Shown piece by piece: positions 39,297 to 49,208 of a stretch of DNA of 64,000 bases. The notes below the pieces were generated by a model. That model was not told where the DNA came from, searched no databases, and worked only from the letters and a program-made list of their open reading frames with translations. The translations under genes were made by a program, and so were the position numbers. The stretch spans positions 108,005 to 172,004 of the forward strand of contig JAWPOE010000004.1 in the NCBI GenBank assembly GCA_033345195.1. The letters are read 5' to 3'. The stretch is from Alphaproteobacteria bacterium. Its GTDB lineage: Bacteria; Pseudomonadota; Alphaproteobacteria; Rs-D84. Every line of letters starts with the position of its first letter. The first letter of the stretch is position 1.

Positions 39297-41042
39297 ATGT
39301 TATTTGGTAAAAAATCTGGGATAAAAAACCGCAATCGTGAACGTTATGAACGCGTTCGTCGCCTGCTGTGGATTAAGTGCGAGGCATGCGGTCGCCTTGT
39401 TTATTACAAAGATTACAAAGAAAATAAATATATTTGCCCGAACTGTGGTCGTGCGTTTATTATGACGCCGAAACAGCGTTTTGATTTACTGTTTGATGAC
39501 AATACATGGGAACGCCTGACACCACCAACAATATCGGATGATCCGCTGGAATTCACGGATCGTGTGTCGTATGCCGACAGATTGGCTGACGCACGCTCTG
39601 AAACAGGTTCTTATGACGCCATCACAACCGCAGACGGCACAATTGGGGGTGTTCCGTCAACTGTTTGTGTGTTAAATGGCCTGTTTATGATGGGGTCAAT
39701 GGGGCGTGCCGCCGGTGATGCGATTGTTGCTGCAATGGAACATGCGATTGCAGAACGTCGTCCATTTATTATGGTGACGTCCAGTGGTGGTGCCCGTATG
39801 CAAGAAAACATTTTGTCGTTAATGCAGATGGCGCGTACAACGGTTGCTGTGAACAAATTGCACGAAAACGGAATACCATATATCGTGTTGTTAACTGACC
39901 CAACATTTGGTGGGGTGACGGCGTCTTTTGCAATGTTGGGTGATATTCATATTGCTGAAAAGGGCGCACGAATTGGGTTTGCAGGTCGTCGTGTTATCGA
40001 ACAAAATATTCGTGAAAAATTACCGTCAAAATTCCAGACGGCGGACTATTTATATGAACATGGTATGGTTGATATGGTTATCGCGCGCGGTGATTTGCAT
40101 GATGCCATTGCGCGAATTTTGCATGTCTTAACCAAACAAGAATGTGAACCAAAGACAATCAAGACAATAACGCCACCACATGATGCGTCAAAGAAAATAC
40201 GTGGCATGGGTGAAAACGAGGCCTATGACAAAGTTTTGTTGGCGCGAAATGAAAACCGTCCGCATTTCTTGGATTATATTGACGGCATTGTTGATGAATG
40301 GACATATTTGGCCGGCGACAGATTATTTGCCGAAGATGCCGCCATGGGTTCTGGTATTGGTTATTGGCGTGGCATCCCGGCTGTGATTATTGGTCAGGAA
40401 CAGGGACGCACAATTGAAACGCGTCAAAAACATCGCTTTGGTATGGCGAATCCAGACGGCTATCGCAAGGCACAACGTATGATGCGTCTGGCAGAAAAGT
40501 TTAATTTACCACTGATATCGTTATTTGATACCGCCGGCGCATTCGCAGGCCGCGAAGGCGAAGAACGTGGTCAGTCCCAGGCGGTTGCCTCATCTATCTC
40601 GGTTGGTTTGTCTATCAAGACGCCATATGTCGCCGTTAACGTGGGGCAGGGTGGCTCTGGCGGTGCTATCGCGATTGGTACGGGCGACCGTGTCTTGATG
40701 ATGGAAAACGCAATTTATTCGGTGATTGCACCAGAATCTTGTGCCAGTATTTTATGGAAAGATAATAAGTTTAAGGCAACCGCCGCCCAGGCAATGAAGT
40801 TGACTGCACGCGACATGGCGAATCTGAATGTTATCGACGAAATTATACCGGAACCGGCCGGTGGGGCGCATACAGATTGGCAAACGACAATGGAATTGTT
40901 GGCAAATGCTGTGGCAAAACAGATTACAGAATTGCAGCAAATTCCGGCAAATGAATTGCCGGCCCGTCGTGCTGAAAAGTATATCGCAATGACGCGTGAT
41001 GTCGAAATATGTCAACCCGACCACGTCAGTGACGAACATTAA
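39297..41042 (+). CDS. accDA: fused acetyl-CoA carboxylase carboxyltransferase beta-alpha (AccD-AccA) polypeptide
   Basis: N-terminal AccD zinc ribbon CEACGRLVYY...CPNCGRAF plus MGSMG...SSGGARMQE; C-terminal AccA motifs NPDGYRKAQRMMRLAEKFNLPLISLFDTAGAFAGREGEERGQSQA and GQGGSGGAIAIGTGDRVLMMENAIYSVIAPESCASILWK; single uninterrupted 581-aa frame. Confidence 0.85.
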   Translation: MLFGKKSGIKNRNRERYERVRRLLWIKCEACGRLVYYKDYKENKYICPNCGRAFIMTPKQRFDLLFDDNTWERLTPPTISDDPLEFTDRVSYADRLADARSETGSYDAITTADGTIGGVPSTVCVLNGLFMMGSMGRAAGDAIVAAMEHAIAERRPFIMVTSSGGARMQENILSLMQMARTTVAVNKLHENGIPYIVLLTDPTFGGVTASFAMLGDIHIAEKGARIGFAGRRVIEQNIREKLPSKFQTADYLYEHGMVDMVIARGDLHDAIARILHVLTKQECEPKTIKTITPPHDASKKIRGMGENEAYDKVLLARNENRPHFLDYIDGIVDEWTYLAGDRLFAEDAAMGSGIGYWRGIPAVIIGQEQGRTIETRQKHRFGMANPDGYRKAQRMMRLAEKFNLPLISLFDTAGAFAGREGEERGQSQAVASSISVGLSIKTPYVAVNVGQGGSGGAIAIGTGDRVLMMENAIYSVIAPESCASILWKDNKFKATAAQAMKLTARDMANLNVIDEIIPEPAGGAHTDWQTTMELLANAVAKQITELQQIPANELPARRAEKYIAMTRDVEICQPDHVSDEH

Positions 41043-41044
41043 AA

Positions 41045-41075
41045 AAATCCCCACAAATGGGGATTTTATTTTTGT
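41045..41075. terminator. bidirectional terminator (AAATCCCC..GGGGATTT family)
   Basis: aaaaaaatccccacaaatggggattttatttttg between convergent genes. Confidence 0.55.
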
Positions 41076-41590
41076 GCTATGCGTTTTATTTTTGCGATAT
41101 ACCGTACCATATTGTGATTTGGATAGCGCGCAATAATTTCGTCTTGGTTTTGTGCAATTTCTTTGCATGCGTCTTGGGCAACTTGTTTGATGTTTGTGTG
41201 ACGCACAATTTCAATCTGGTTCGCGCCACATTGCCACAGTTCTGTTTTATCGGGTGCCTGATTCTTATAAATGGTCCCGATTGGCTTAATTTCCAGAAAT
41301 GTTATTGTTGGGGTGTCATAGTCGATAAAATCGTAAACTTCCCAATACCACAACAGCATATCAACCGCATTATCACAAAAATGAAACACAGGCTCTGTTG
41401 CGCGTACGCCAAATCCTCCGAAATAATTTTTTCGTGGAATTGCAGTAAATTGACGCCCAGGGGTATACTCTTCTGTGCTTTTTATGTTGAACGAAATGCT
41501 TAACCCATCGGGCAAGCTATCAGCTGGCCAAACCATTTTATACGATTTGGCAGCATATATTTCTTCAAAATCAGTATTTTTTTCATTCAT
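41066..41590 (-). CDS. hypothetical protein
   Basis: about 174 aa ORF (start at MNEKNTDFEE or 24 nt upstream); no domain recognised. Confidence 0.5.
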   Translation of the reverse strand: MNEKNTDFEEIYAAKSYKMVWPADSLPDGLSISFNIKSTEEYTPGRQFTAIPRKNYFGGFGVRATEPVFHFCDNAVDMLLWYWEVYDFIDYDTPTITFLEIKPIGTIYKNQAPDKTELWQCGANQIEIVRHTNIKQVAQDACKEIAQNQDEIIARYPNHNMVRYIAKIKRIAQK

Positions 41591-41647
41591 GATGTTCGCA
41601 ATATAATACAACAATACAATTTGTCAACAATAAAAAACAAAAATAAA

Positions 41648-41693
41648 ACCCGCCGATTTGGCGGGTGAATTTTCTGGCGGAGCGTATAGGACT
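41648..41693 (-). repeat. 46-bp perfect direct repeat: copy of the tRNA-Ser(GCT) 3-prime end (18 nt) plus its terminator-hairpin flank
   Basis: acccgccgatttggcgggtgaattttctggcggagcgtataggact occurs at 41648-41693 and at 41824-41869; the second copy is the genuine tRNA 3-prime end. Confidence 0.65.
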
Positions 41694-41850
41694 GTACTCC
41701 CCATCCCCTTACGGGGTGGGGATGCCCCTATCCACTCGTAACGATTTGTGCGCGTTTCACTTCCCAAATCTACTTCGTGTCGAACCTTTTACGGTTCTCG
41801 TCCAACGTCCGCAGGCATAAAATTACCCGCCGATTTGGCGGGTGAATTTT

Positions 41851-41938
41851 CTGGCGGAGCGTATAGGACTCGAACCTATGGACCAAAAATTTCGGTCACA
41901 GATTAGCAATCTGCTGCATTACCACTCTGCCAACGCTC
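41851..41938 (-). tRNA. tRNA-Ser (anticodon GCT), long variable arm
   Basis: revcomp GGAGCGT TG GCAG..GCAGA TTGCTAA TCTGT..GACCGAAATTTTTGGTCC..GGTTCGAGTCC..ACGCTCC G CCA; 88 nt. Confidence 0.9.
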
Positions 41939-42165
41939 CGTGCGACGGTTATTATATATAAACAGAAAATTAAATGCAAGCAAGAAAATCTAAAAAACGC
42001 CTTGACCCAGATTGGCGTGGCGTGGCATAATCAACACATGACAATTCGTTTTATTAATTTTTACTGTTGTCGTTAGTATTTATTTTCTGCAAACTAAATT
42101 TGTTTGCATTTCAATCACGCAATTATTAAAATTTCAAAAACATAAACTGACAAAGGACACATATC

Positions 42166-43590
42166 ATGACGATTAAATTATATAATACATTAACGCGAAA
42201 ACTAGAAGAATTCAAGCCATTGGAAGCAGGCAAAGTTGGCTTTTATTCATGTGGTCCGACGGTTTATCATTATACGCATTTAGGGAATTTGCGTACTTTT
42301 TTACATAACGACTTTTTAAAGCGTATGTTCTTGGCAAATGGCTATGACGTTCGTCATGTTATGAATATTACAGATGTCGGTCATTTAACCAATGACGATG
42401 ATGATAGTGGCGAAGACAAAATGGAAAAGGGCGCTGCACGCGACAATAAGTCTGTCTGGGATATCGCAAAATTTTATAAGGGCGAATTTCTGCGTGATTT
42501 TAACGACTTGAACATGATTGCACCAACCGTTATGCCGCACGCCACAGATTATATTACAGAGCAAATAGAATTGGTTCAAAAGTTGGAAAAATTGGGTTAT
42601 GCATATGAAATTCCGGGCGATGGAATATATTATGACACATCAAAATTTGCTGCATATGGCGCATTGACTGGTGGATCTTTGTCTGGAAATCGTGCCGGCG
42701 CACGTGTTGGTTTTAATGACGCAAAGCGCAATCCAACGGACTTTGCTTTGTGGAAATTTTCGCCAACAGACACCAAGCGTCAAATGGAGTGGGACAGTCC
42801 GTGGGGCGTTGGTTTCCCAGGTTGGCATGCAGAATGCAGCGCAATGAGCATGAAATTATTGGGCGACCACTTTGACATTCATACCGGTGGCGAAGATTTA
42901 TCGCGTGTTCATCACGCAAATGAAATCGCGCAGAGTGAACCAATCACAGGCGCGCCGTGGGTAAATACGTGGTTGCATTACAGCTTTTTGTTAGATAAGT
43001 CAGGCGAAAAGATGGCAAAATCTAAGGGTGAGTTCTTAGGAATGGATGCAGTGCGTAATCGTGGGTACGATCCGATGGTGTATCGTTATTTTGTTGCGAT
43101 GGGGCATTATCAGTCACAGTTGGCGTTTTCGTGGGAAACCATGGACGCAACTGCAAAAAGTTATGCAAATTTGGTGCGTCGTGTATCTGAATTGCTGAAC
43201 TCAGAAAAGGGACAGGTTGACGACACGGTTTATAACAAGTGGCGCAACGAAATGATTGAAGCGATGTCTGATAATTTAAAAACAGCGTCTGTCTTGGTCA
43301 TATTGCAAGAATTTATTAAATCAACCGATATAAATGATGCAACCAAGTTGGCATTGGTTCATGTTGTTGATGACCTGCTGGGCTTGCAGTTTATCGATCG
43401 TGCGAAAAAATTGGTTGCATTGGAAAATGAATCTGCCCCAGCGGAAATTGTCGCACTTGCAGAAAAACGCGCAGCTGCCAAGGCGAACCGTGACTGGGCG
43501 ACTGCGGACGCGTTGCGTGCCGAAATTGATGCGGCTGGCTGGGCAATTTTGGATTCCAAGGACGGATACAAAATCGTAAAAAAGGCATAA
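42166..43590 (+). CDS. cysS: cysteine--tRNA ligase
   Basis: class-I HIGH (YHYTHLGN) and KMSKS (KMAKSKG) motifs, Zn-binding Cys; 474 aa. Confidence 0.95.
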   Translation: MTIKLYNTLTRKLEEFKPLEAGKVGFYSCGPTVYHYTHLGNLRTFLHNDFLKRMFLANGYDVRHVMNITDVGHLTNDDDDSGEDKMEKGAARDNKSVWDIAKFYKGEFLRDFNDLNMIAPTVMPHATDYITEQIELVQKLEKLGYAYEIPGDGIYYDTSKFAAYGALTGGSLSGNRAGARVGFNDAKRNPTDFALWKFSPTDTKRQMEWDSPWGVGFPGWHAECSAMSMKLLGDHFDIHTGGEDLSRVHHANEIAQSEPITGAPWVNTWLHYSFLLDKSGEKMAKSKGEFLGMDAVRNRGYDPMVYRYFVAMGHYQSQLAFSWETMDATAKSYANLVRRVSELLNSEKGQVDDTVYNKWRNEMIEAMSDNLKTASVLVILQEFIKSTDINDATKLALVHVVDDLLGLQFIDRAKKLVALENESAPAEIVALAEKRAAAKANRDWATADALRAEIDAAGWAILDSKDGYKIVKKA

Positions 43591-43679
43591 ATTGCCAAAA
43601 AACAATATTTTATTAAAAAACTGTTGAAATGGGGGCAATATTGGTGTATATTGCCCCCAGTAATTAAGAGGAATTTTCC

Positions 43680-44231
43680 ATGAACTATCCATATATGCCA
43701 AAATCAACAGCCCTGTGGTTAATTGAAAATACTGCCCTGACATTTGAACAAATCGCGGAATTCTGCGGCTTGCATGAGTTAGAGGTTAAAAACATCGCAG
43801 ATGCTGAAACATACAAAATTCAACCATTAAACCCAATTCTAAGTGGCCAGGTCACACGTGAAGATATTGAAAAGTGCGAAGCAGATTCTGACGCACGACT
43901 GACATTGCGCAAAGAAATCGTTGATGCCCAGCAAAAGCAGAACAAGCGTGGCGTTGGCTATACACCAAAATTGCATCGCCAGAACCGTTTGGGTGGTATT
44001 TTGTGGATTCTGAAAAACTATCCAGAATTGTCAGACGGTCAGGTTGCACGCCTGATGCGCAGTACAAATCCAACGGTTGCGTCCGTCCGCAATAAAACGC
44101 ATGCGTCTTATTCAATCATTCAAATTCAAAGCCCGATTGTTTTAGGTTTGGTTTCTGAATCCGCCATTCATGATGCGGTGGCCAAGGCACAAAAACAGGC
44201 CAGCAAACCGGTAAAAAAGAAGAAAAAATAA
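43680..44231 (+). CDS. conserved alphaproteobacterial protein (DUF1013-like)
   Basis: 183 aa; my recollection is that this family is conserved upstream of rpoD in alphaproteobacteria; assignment from memory of the family, not verified. Confidence 0.55.
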   Translation: MNYPYMPKSTALWLIENTALTFEQIAEFCGLHELEVKNIADAETYKIQPLNPILSGQVTREDIEKCEADSDARLTLRKEIVDAQQKQNKRGVGYTPKLHRQNRLGGILWILKNYPELSDGQVARLMRSTNPTVASVRNKTHASYSIIQIQSPIVLGLVSESAIHDAVAKAQKQASKPVKKKKK

Positions 44232-44286
44232 TATTGTTTTCTGAAAAACTGAACGCACAACATTAAAGACTGAAAAAGGCTGATTG

Positions 44287-46365
44287 ATGGTTAAAAAACT
44301 GGACGAAGCAACAAGATTATTAATTGATTCTTTGCCGGACAATTTGCAAAAACTGGCAACCAGTGCGATAGAGGTTGGCTATCTGTCGCGTATGGATTTT
44401 ACCGCTGCAACTGACGCGGACGAGGTGCCATCCGAAGAACATGATGAAGTTTTGGATTTCTTTCAGCAAGATTTAGGTCTTGAAATTCTGGAAACAGATA
44501 ATTACCCCCAAGATTTGGGGCGTTATTATGATACAGATGATGACGAACCACGCGATAAAACGCGCAATCTGTTAAATGCAGATGCCGAACAGGTTGATGT
44601 TAATGACGATGATTATGAACACTATGCAAAACAGTTGGAACGCAGTCAAACAGGTTCGCTTGTTTTGGGGGTTCAAGATTCTGTTCAATCTTATCTAAAA
44701 CAAATTGGTACTGTTCAGTTATTGACCGCTGCAGGCGAAGTTGCAATTGCCCAACGTATAGAGGCAGCGTCACGCCTGATGGTATATGGTCTGTGCGAAA
44801 GCCCAATGACAATTCAGGCAATGTTGGATTGGTATCAGCAGCTGTTGAACGAAGATATTCGTTTGCGTTACATTGTAAATCTGGAAGTTATGTATTCCAG
44901 TGATTCTGAACAAAAATCCCTGGCCGCATTGTCCGAGGCATTAAAGTCCAAGGGTGTTGAACATGTCGATGAACTGGACGATGACGAATTGGATGATTTA
45001 ACAGATGCCTCTGTCGAAGATGACGAAGAAGATGATGACGACGAAGATGAAGACGGCATCAAAAAAGAAGATACGCCACGCGGGACGTCGGGCGTTCCAA
45101 TTCCTGTGATGGAAGAATCTTTGATGCCAATGATTACCGAATTGTTTGCCAAGATAAAGCGTATCTTTAACAGTATGCAAAAATTACAGGCAAAACGTTT
45201 GGACAATTTGTTGTCGTCAGACACCCCAGATGCCGCACTGGAAAAGAAATACACAAAAATGCGTCTGGAATTGTTTGAACATGTCAGCAAAATCCGCCTG
45301 AATGACGATCGCATCGCAGAAATCTTGGAACAGTTAACCAAGCGTGACCAGTTGTTAATGGGGTTGGAAGGAAAGTTGTTGCGTTTGGCAATGGCAAACA
45401 AAATCAAACGCGAAGATTTCTTGGCAGAATATGCTGGCAACGAATTAAATCGCAATTGGGTTAAAAAGTTGGCGAAACATAAAAATGCAACTTGGGCAAA
45501 CTTTGCGAAAAAGCACGAAGCAGATATTTTAAAGATTCAAGAAGATATCACTGCAATCGCGGTTGAAACAGGACAGCCAACATCAGAATACAAAAAGGTT
45601 GTTGAACTGGTTCGTCGTGGTCAGACCGAGGCCGCACGCGCCAAGCGCGAAATGATAGAGGCGAACCTGCGTCTGGTTATTAAATTCGCAAAAAAGTCCA
45701 GCAACCGTGGGCTTGGCTTGGATTTTTCGGACTTGGTTCAGGACGGAAATATCGGCTTGATGAAGGCTGTTGATAAATTTGATTATCGTTTGGGTAATAA
45801 ATTTTCAACCTATGCGACAAACTGGATTCAACAGGGTATTTCACGCAGCATTGCCGACCAGGCACGCACAATTCGCATTCCTGTACATATGATTGACAAC
45901 ATACACAAGATTCAGCGTGCATCGCGTCAATTTATGCACAAATATGGTCGTCAGCCAACCGCCGAAGAATTGTCCAAGATTATCTATCTGCCGGTTGACA
46001 AGATTCACAAGGCAATGAAGGTTAATCTGAAACCAATTTCATTAGAGGCACCCGTTGGTACCGAAGATGACAGTTCGCGTATCGAAATCATCGCAGACGA
46101 AACAGCCAAGAATCCATTTACATCTGCGGCACAAAAGAATCTGCGTAAAATCGTCACCCAGATTTTGTCAGAACTGGATCCAAAAGAAGAAACTGTTTTA
46201 CGTCAGCGTTTCGGTATGTCTACCAACAAAACCAGCACATTGGAAGAGGTTGGTGAATACATCGGTGTTACCCGTGAACGTATCCGTCAGATTGAACAAA
46301 AGGCGCTGAACAAGTTGAAACACCCAACACGCGCACGTAAATTGCGCAGCTTCTTAGAAGATTAA
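44287..46365 (+). CDS. rpoD: RNA polymerase sigma-70 factor RpoD
   Basis: regions 1.1-4.2 present ([37 protein letters not shown], region 4 HTH), acidic non-conserved insert [27 protein letters not shown]. Confidence 0.95.
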   Translation: MVKKLDEATRLLIDSLPDNLQKLATSAIEVGYLSRMDFTAATDADEVPSEEHDEVLDFFQQDLGLEILETDNYPQDLGRYYDTDDDEPRDKTRNLLNADAEQVDVNDDDYEHYAKQLERSQTGSLVLGVQDSVQSYLKQIGTVQLLTAAGEVAIAQRIEAASRLMVYGLCESPMTIQAMLDWYQQLLNEDIRLRYIVNLEVMYSSDSEQKSLAALSEALKSKGVEHVDELDDDELDDLTDASVEDDEEDDDDEDEDGIKKEDTPRGTSGVPIPVMEESLMPMITELFAKIKRIFNSMQKLQAKRLDNLLSSDTPDAALEKKYTKMRLELFEHVSKIRLNDDRIAEILEQLTKRDQLLMGLEGKLLRLAMANKIKREDFLAEYAGNELNRNWVKKLAKHKNATWANFAKKHEADILKIQEDITAIAVETGQPTSEYKKVVELVRRGQTEAARAKREMIEANLRLVIKFAKKSSNRGLGLDFSDLVQDGNIGLMKAVDKFDYRLGNKFSTYATNWIQQGISRSIADQARTIRIPVHMIDNIHKIQRASRQFMHKYGRQPTAEELSKIIYLPVDKIHKAMKVNLKPISLEAPVGTEDDSSRIEIIADETAKNPFTSAAQKNLRKIVTQILSELDPKEETVLRQRFGMSTNKTSTLEEVGEYIGVTRERIRQIEQKALNKLKHPTRARKLRSFLED

Positions 46366-46380
46366 AAATAGGGGTTAATT

Positions 46381-46515
46381 ATGGCGAACAACTTTGGTTC
46401 TGTATCTAAAAAGATTCAAGATTTAATGACGTTATACGCACACCAAACCGACGACGCATCAAAAATTAACGATGCTTTGTTGGAACAAGAATGGTTGCGT
46501 CAACGTCAAAAATAA
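46381..46515 (+). CDS. possible small protein (44 aa), not in the ORF track
   Basis: ATG with AGGGGT RBS 16 nt after the rpoD stop, encodes MANNFGSVSKKIQDLMTLYAHQTDDASKINDALLEQEWLRQRQK; followed by hairpin atctgccgtaatggcagat. Confidence 0.3.
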   Translation: MANNFGSVSKKIQDLMTLYAHQTDDASKINDALLEQEWLRQRQK

Positions 46516-46564
46516 GTTATTAATCTGCCGTAATGGCAGATTTTCTTTAATGCAAGGGGGTAAA

Positions 46565-47161
46565 ATGAAAAAGAAAACATTGTTAATTTGTAATGGTTTG
46601 TCAGGCAGTGGAAAAACATATTTTATTCAGAATACTTTACCAGCCGGTTTGTTTTATAGTTTAAAATCCATGACCACGCGCCCCATGCGCCCCGGCGAAA
46701 GCGAAGGCAATCCATATTTCTTTCGGGCAGAGCGCGATTTTGACACAACGCCACTCGTAACTCATTTGTGGGTAAATCAGGCACTGTGGACGCCTGGAAT
46801 GCCGAAATGGCTGTATGGTGTACCGGAATCAGAGGTGTTAAATCATTTGAATCAGAATTTGGTATATGATGTTATTCAGCCGTGTTATACACGACAGATG
46901 ATTGATTGGTTTAAAGAAAAAGGTTTGGACAAACAATACAATTTTCGTGTCGCGTATTTTTTGACGCCAGACACCAACTTGGAAACAGCGCGCGGTCGTG
47001 CAAATATGCCAAATGATACAGCGGTACGCACAATGAATACATGTACACCCGAAGACTTCTTGGACGCAGGCATTGATATTGATTATATCTTAAAGCCCCG
47101 CGACGGAAAACTAAATCCACGTTTGTTGGCGCATATAAAACGTTTGCAACGCCAACGCTAA
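46565..47161 (+). CDS. guanylate-kinase-like P-loop NMP kinase
   Basis: start at MKKKTLLICNGLSGSGKTY (AAGGGGG RBS); P-loop plus TTRPMRPGE(S)EG.PYFF resembles the guanylate kinase substrate motif; the C-terminal half is divergent. Confidence 0.55.
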   Translation: MKKKTLLICNGLSGSGKTYFIQNTLPAGLFYSLKSMTTRPMRPGESEGNPYFFRAERDFDTTPLVTHLWVNQALWTPGMPKWLYGVPESEVLNHLNQNLVYDVIQPCYTRQMIDWFKEKGLDKQYNFRVAYFLTPDTNLETARGRANMPNDTAVRTMNTCTPEDFLDAGIDIDYILKPRDGKLNPRLLAHIKRLQRQR

Positions 47162-47164
47162 AAA

Positions 47165-47190
47165 AAACGCCCATTCGGGCGGTTGTTTTT
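47165..47190. terminator. bidirectional terminator (cgcccattcgggcg hairpin)
   Basis: aaaaaaaacgcccattcgggcggttgttttt between convergent genes. Confidence 0.55.
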
Positions 47191-49114
47191 ATACATAGTT
47201 TTTCAGTGCGATGTATATTTGTCCCAACTCTGTCTTTATCATTGTGGCAGACACCTTGTCCGCATTGTCGGTTTGTTTTGCAGAATTTAGTATCTTATCA
47301 AAACCACGCACGAATTGTGACGCCTGGGAACGAAATACTGCATCGCCTTTCATCATTTCACGTATGCGTTTTTTGTCTGCTGCGGTCAACATTTTTGCCA
47401 ACCACTTAGAGAATATGGTTTTGTCACCACTATGATACTTCTTCCAAACAACGTCTGGTATTTCTGCGCCGGCCGTACGTGTCAGGTCCATTGATTGTTC
47501 ATGCAATTTTTCAAACATTTTTTCGCTTTGCGCTAAAAAGTCCTGGGAACTAACATGCCCAAATGTTTCTGATGGTGCACTTTTTATTGCGTCCATCGGC
47601 GCACTGGCTCGTGCCACCATCATTTGTTTGTTTAGTGTCTGCATCGTATTTACTGCCTTGGCATAGTCTGACATCAGGTCTATCATTTGTTGACGTGACG
47701 CGCCGGCCAAATCTTCTAATTTAACCGCAGAATTAGAAATCGCATCTGTTGATTCTGCGACCGTTGTTTTCATAAGATTTAATTTTTCATTCAGGCTGGT
47801 TACAATTTTTTCCAGTGTCTCGCTGGCCTGGACAGAACCGCGTGACAAATCGGGCAGGGCGGAATAATACTTTTCAATCAATGCAGACAGTGGTTGCAAC
47901 TGGGCTGTTGTATCATTCGACATCTTTATAAGATTTGCAGATTGACCCGACAATTGTGTGTGCGCAGTATTCATTTCTATTAACGTTTCGCGTACGCCAG
48001 TTGCCATTGTCTTTACAGAATCAGAGAAAGCATTTGCCGCAGTTTTTGTGTTTTCTAATGTTACATTTGCAACCCCAGAAACGGTTTTTAGTTCTGATAC
48101 AACGCCCGTCGCAAATTCTTTAATTTCGCCATCAAAGCGATTGGTTAGCGTTGCCAACTCGGTCGATATGCCACGCACAGAATTTTCAGTGGTTGCCGCC
48201 GATGACATTAACGTTTCGACCGCCGTGGTCAGTTTTTTTATTTGTTTATCGATTGACGATTCTGTCAAACGAATTTGTCCGGAAACAACGTTTGATGTGC
48301 TTGTCAATGTGTTCATTTGGCTGGTCAGTTGTTTCTTTGATTGTTTGCTGAATGTATCTAATTTATCTAAATAGCCATTTAGCAATTTGTCGTTGCGCAC
48401 CATAACATCTTCATAGTTTGTGGCGCTTGTTTTTACATTGTCAAAACCGTCTGCCGTTGACTTTGCTAATTGTTCCAATTTGTTTTGCAGCGTATCGCTT
48501 TCGCTGGTCATTGTTTTCATCTGGTCTGCATTCGAATTAAATTCATTTTGCAGATGTTCTGATAATGCTTTTCCTGTTTCGACCCATGAATCAATTTGTG
48601 ATTGTATCTGTGCGATTTTGTCCGTTGTTTCTTGTGAAGTTGTATCAATTTTGCATAATAATTCATTGACTGTATTGCTAAATTTATCAGTTGAATTTTC
48701 TACGTCATTCCATGATTGCGATGTAACTATTTCGCCCAAACCTGCGACGGTGTTATCCAATCGTCCTGACATCGTGGCTAACTTTTTTGTTGCGTCATCT
48801 GCCAAATTGATTAGCTGATTATTTTGCTCTGTCAGGGTGTTTTTTAATTCCTTGGCATATTCGATTTGTGAATTTAGTGTATCGCGCATTGTTTGAAAGC
48901 TAGATTCGATTTTTGCGATTTCATCTGCCAATATAACATTTAACACACGCGTTGCGTCTGCGATTTTTGCACGTTCCGGCTTTGTAATTATGGTCAACAG
49001 CGATTCCATAACTTTTTGTGATTTTCTGGACACGAAAAACAGTACGCCCAGTGTTATAACCAGCAGTGTACCCAATACACCACCACCAATTATCAATAAT
49101 TGTGTGATTTCCAT
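47189..49114 (-). CDS. membrane-anchored long coiled-coil protein, hypothetical
   Basis: N-terminal TM helix ITQLLIIGGGVLGTLLVITLGVLFFV then about 600 aa of heptad-rich low-complexity coiled coil (Q/T/S/N/L/E rich); the track start is at 49135 and the likely initiation Met is a few codons in. Confidence 0.7.
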   Translation of the reverse strand: MEITQLLIIGGGVLGTLLVITLGVLFFVSRKSQKVMESLLTIITKPERAKIADATRVLNVILADEIAKIESSFQTMRDTLNSQIEYAKELKNTLTEQNNQLINLADDATKKLATMSGRLDNTVAGLGEIVTSQSWNDVENSTDKFSNTVNELLCKIDTTSQETTDKIAQIQSQIDSWVETGKALSEHLQNEFNSNADQMKTMTSESDTLQNKLEQLAKSTADGFDNVKTSATNYEDVMVRNDKLLNGYLDKLDTFSKQSKKQLTSQMNTLTSTSNVVSGQIRLTESSIDKQIKKLTTAVETLMSSAATTENSVRGISTELATLTNRFDGEIKEFATGVVSELKTVSGVANVTLENTKTAANAFSDSVKTMATGVRETLIEMNTAHTQLSGQSANLIKMSNDTTAQLQPLSALIEKYYSALPDLSRGSVQASETLEKIVTSLNEKLNLMKTTVAESTDAISNSAVKLEDLAGASRQQMIDLMSDYAKAVNTMQTLNKQMMVARASAPMDAIKSAPSETFGHVSSQDFLAQSEKMFEKLHEQSMDLTRTAGAEIPDVVWKKYHSGDKTIFSKWLAKMLTAADKKRIREMMKGDAVFRSQASQFVRGFDKILNSAKQTDNADKVSATMIKTELGQIYIALKNYV

Positions 49115-49208
49115 TCCTTTTCTCCCTAAGTGCAAAATGCAAACTTCTTAATATCTTGCAGTTCTTTTGAATTTATACTAAAATCCAAGAAATAAAGCAA
49201 GGGCAGAA

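Noticed and set aside
41691-41817. The 125-bp segment between the tRNA-Ser(GCT) repeat copies as a possible intron-containing tRNA or small RNA
   Set aside because: No complementary 5-prime acceptor strand (GGAGCGT) exists upstream, so a tRNA with an insertion cannot be folded. It is kept only as part of the att-scar finding.
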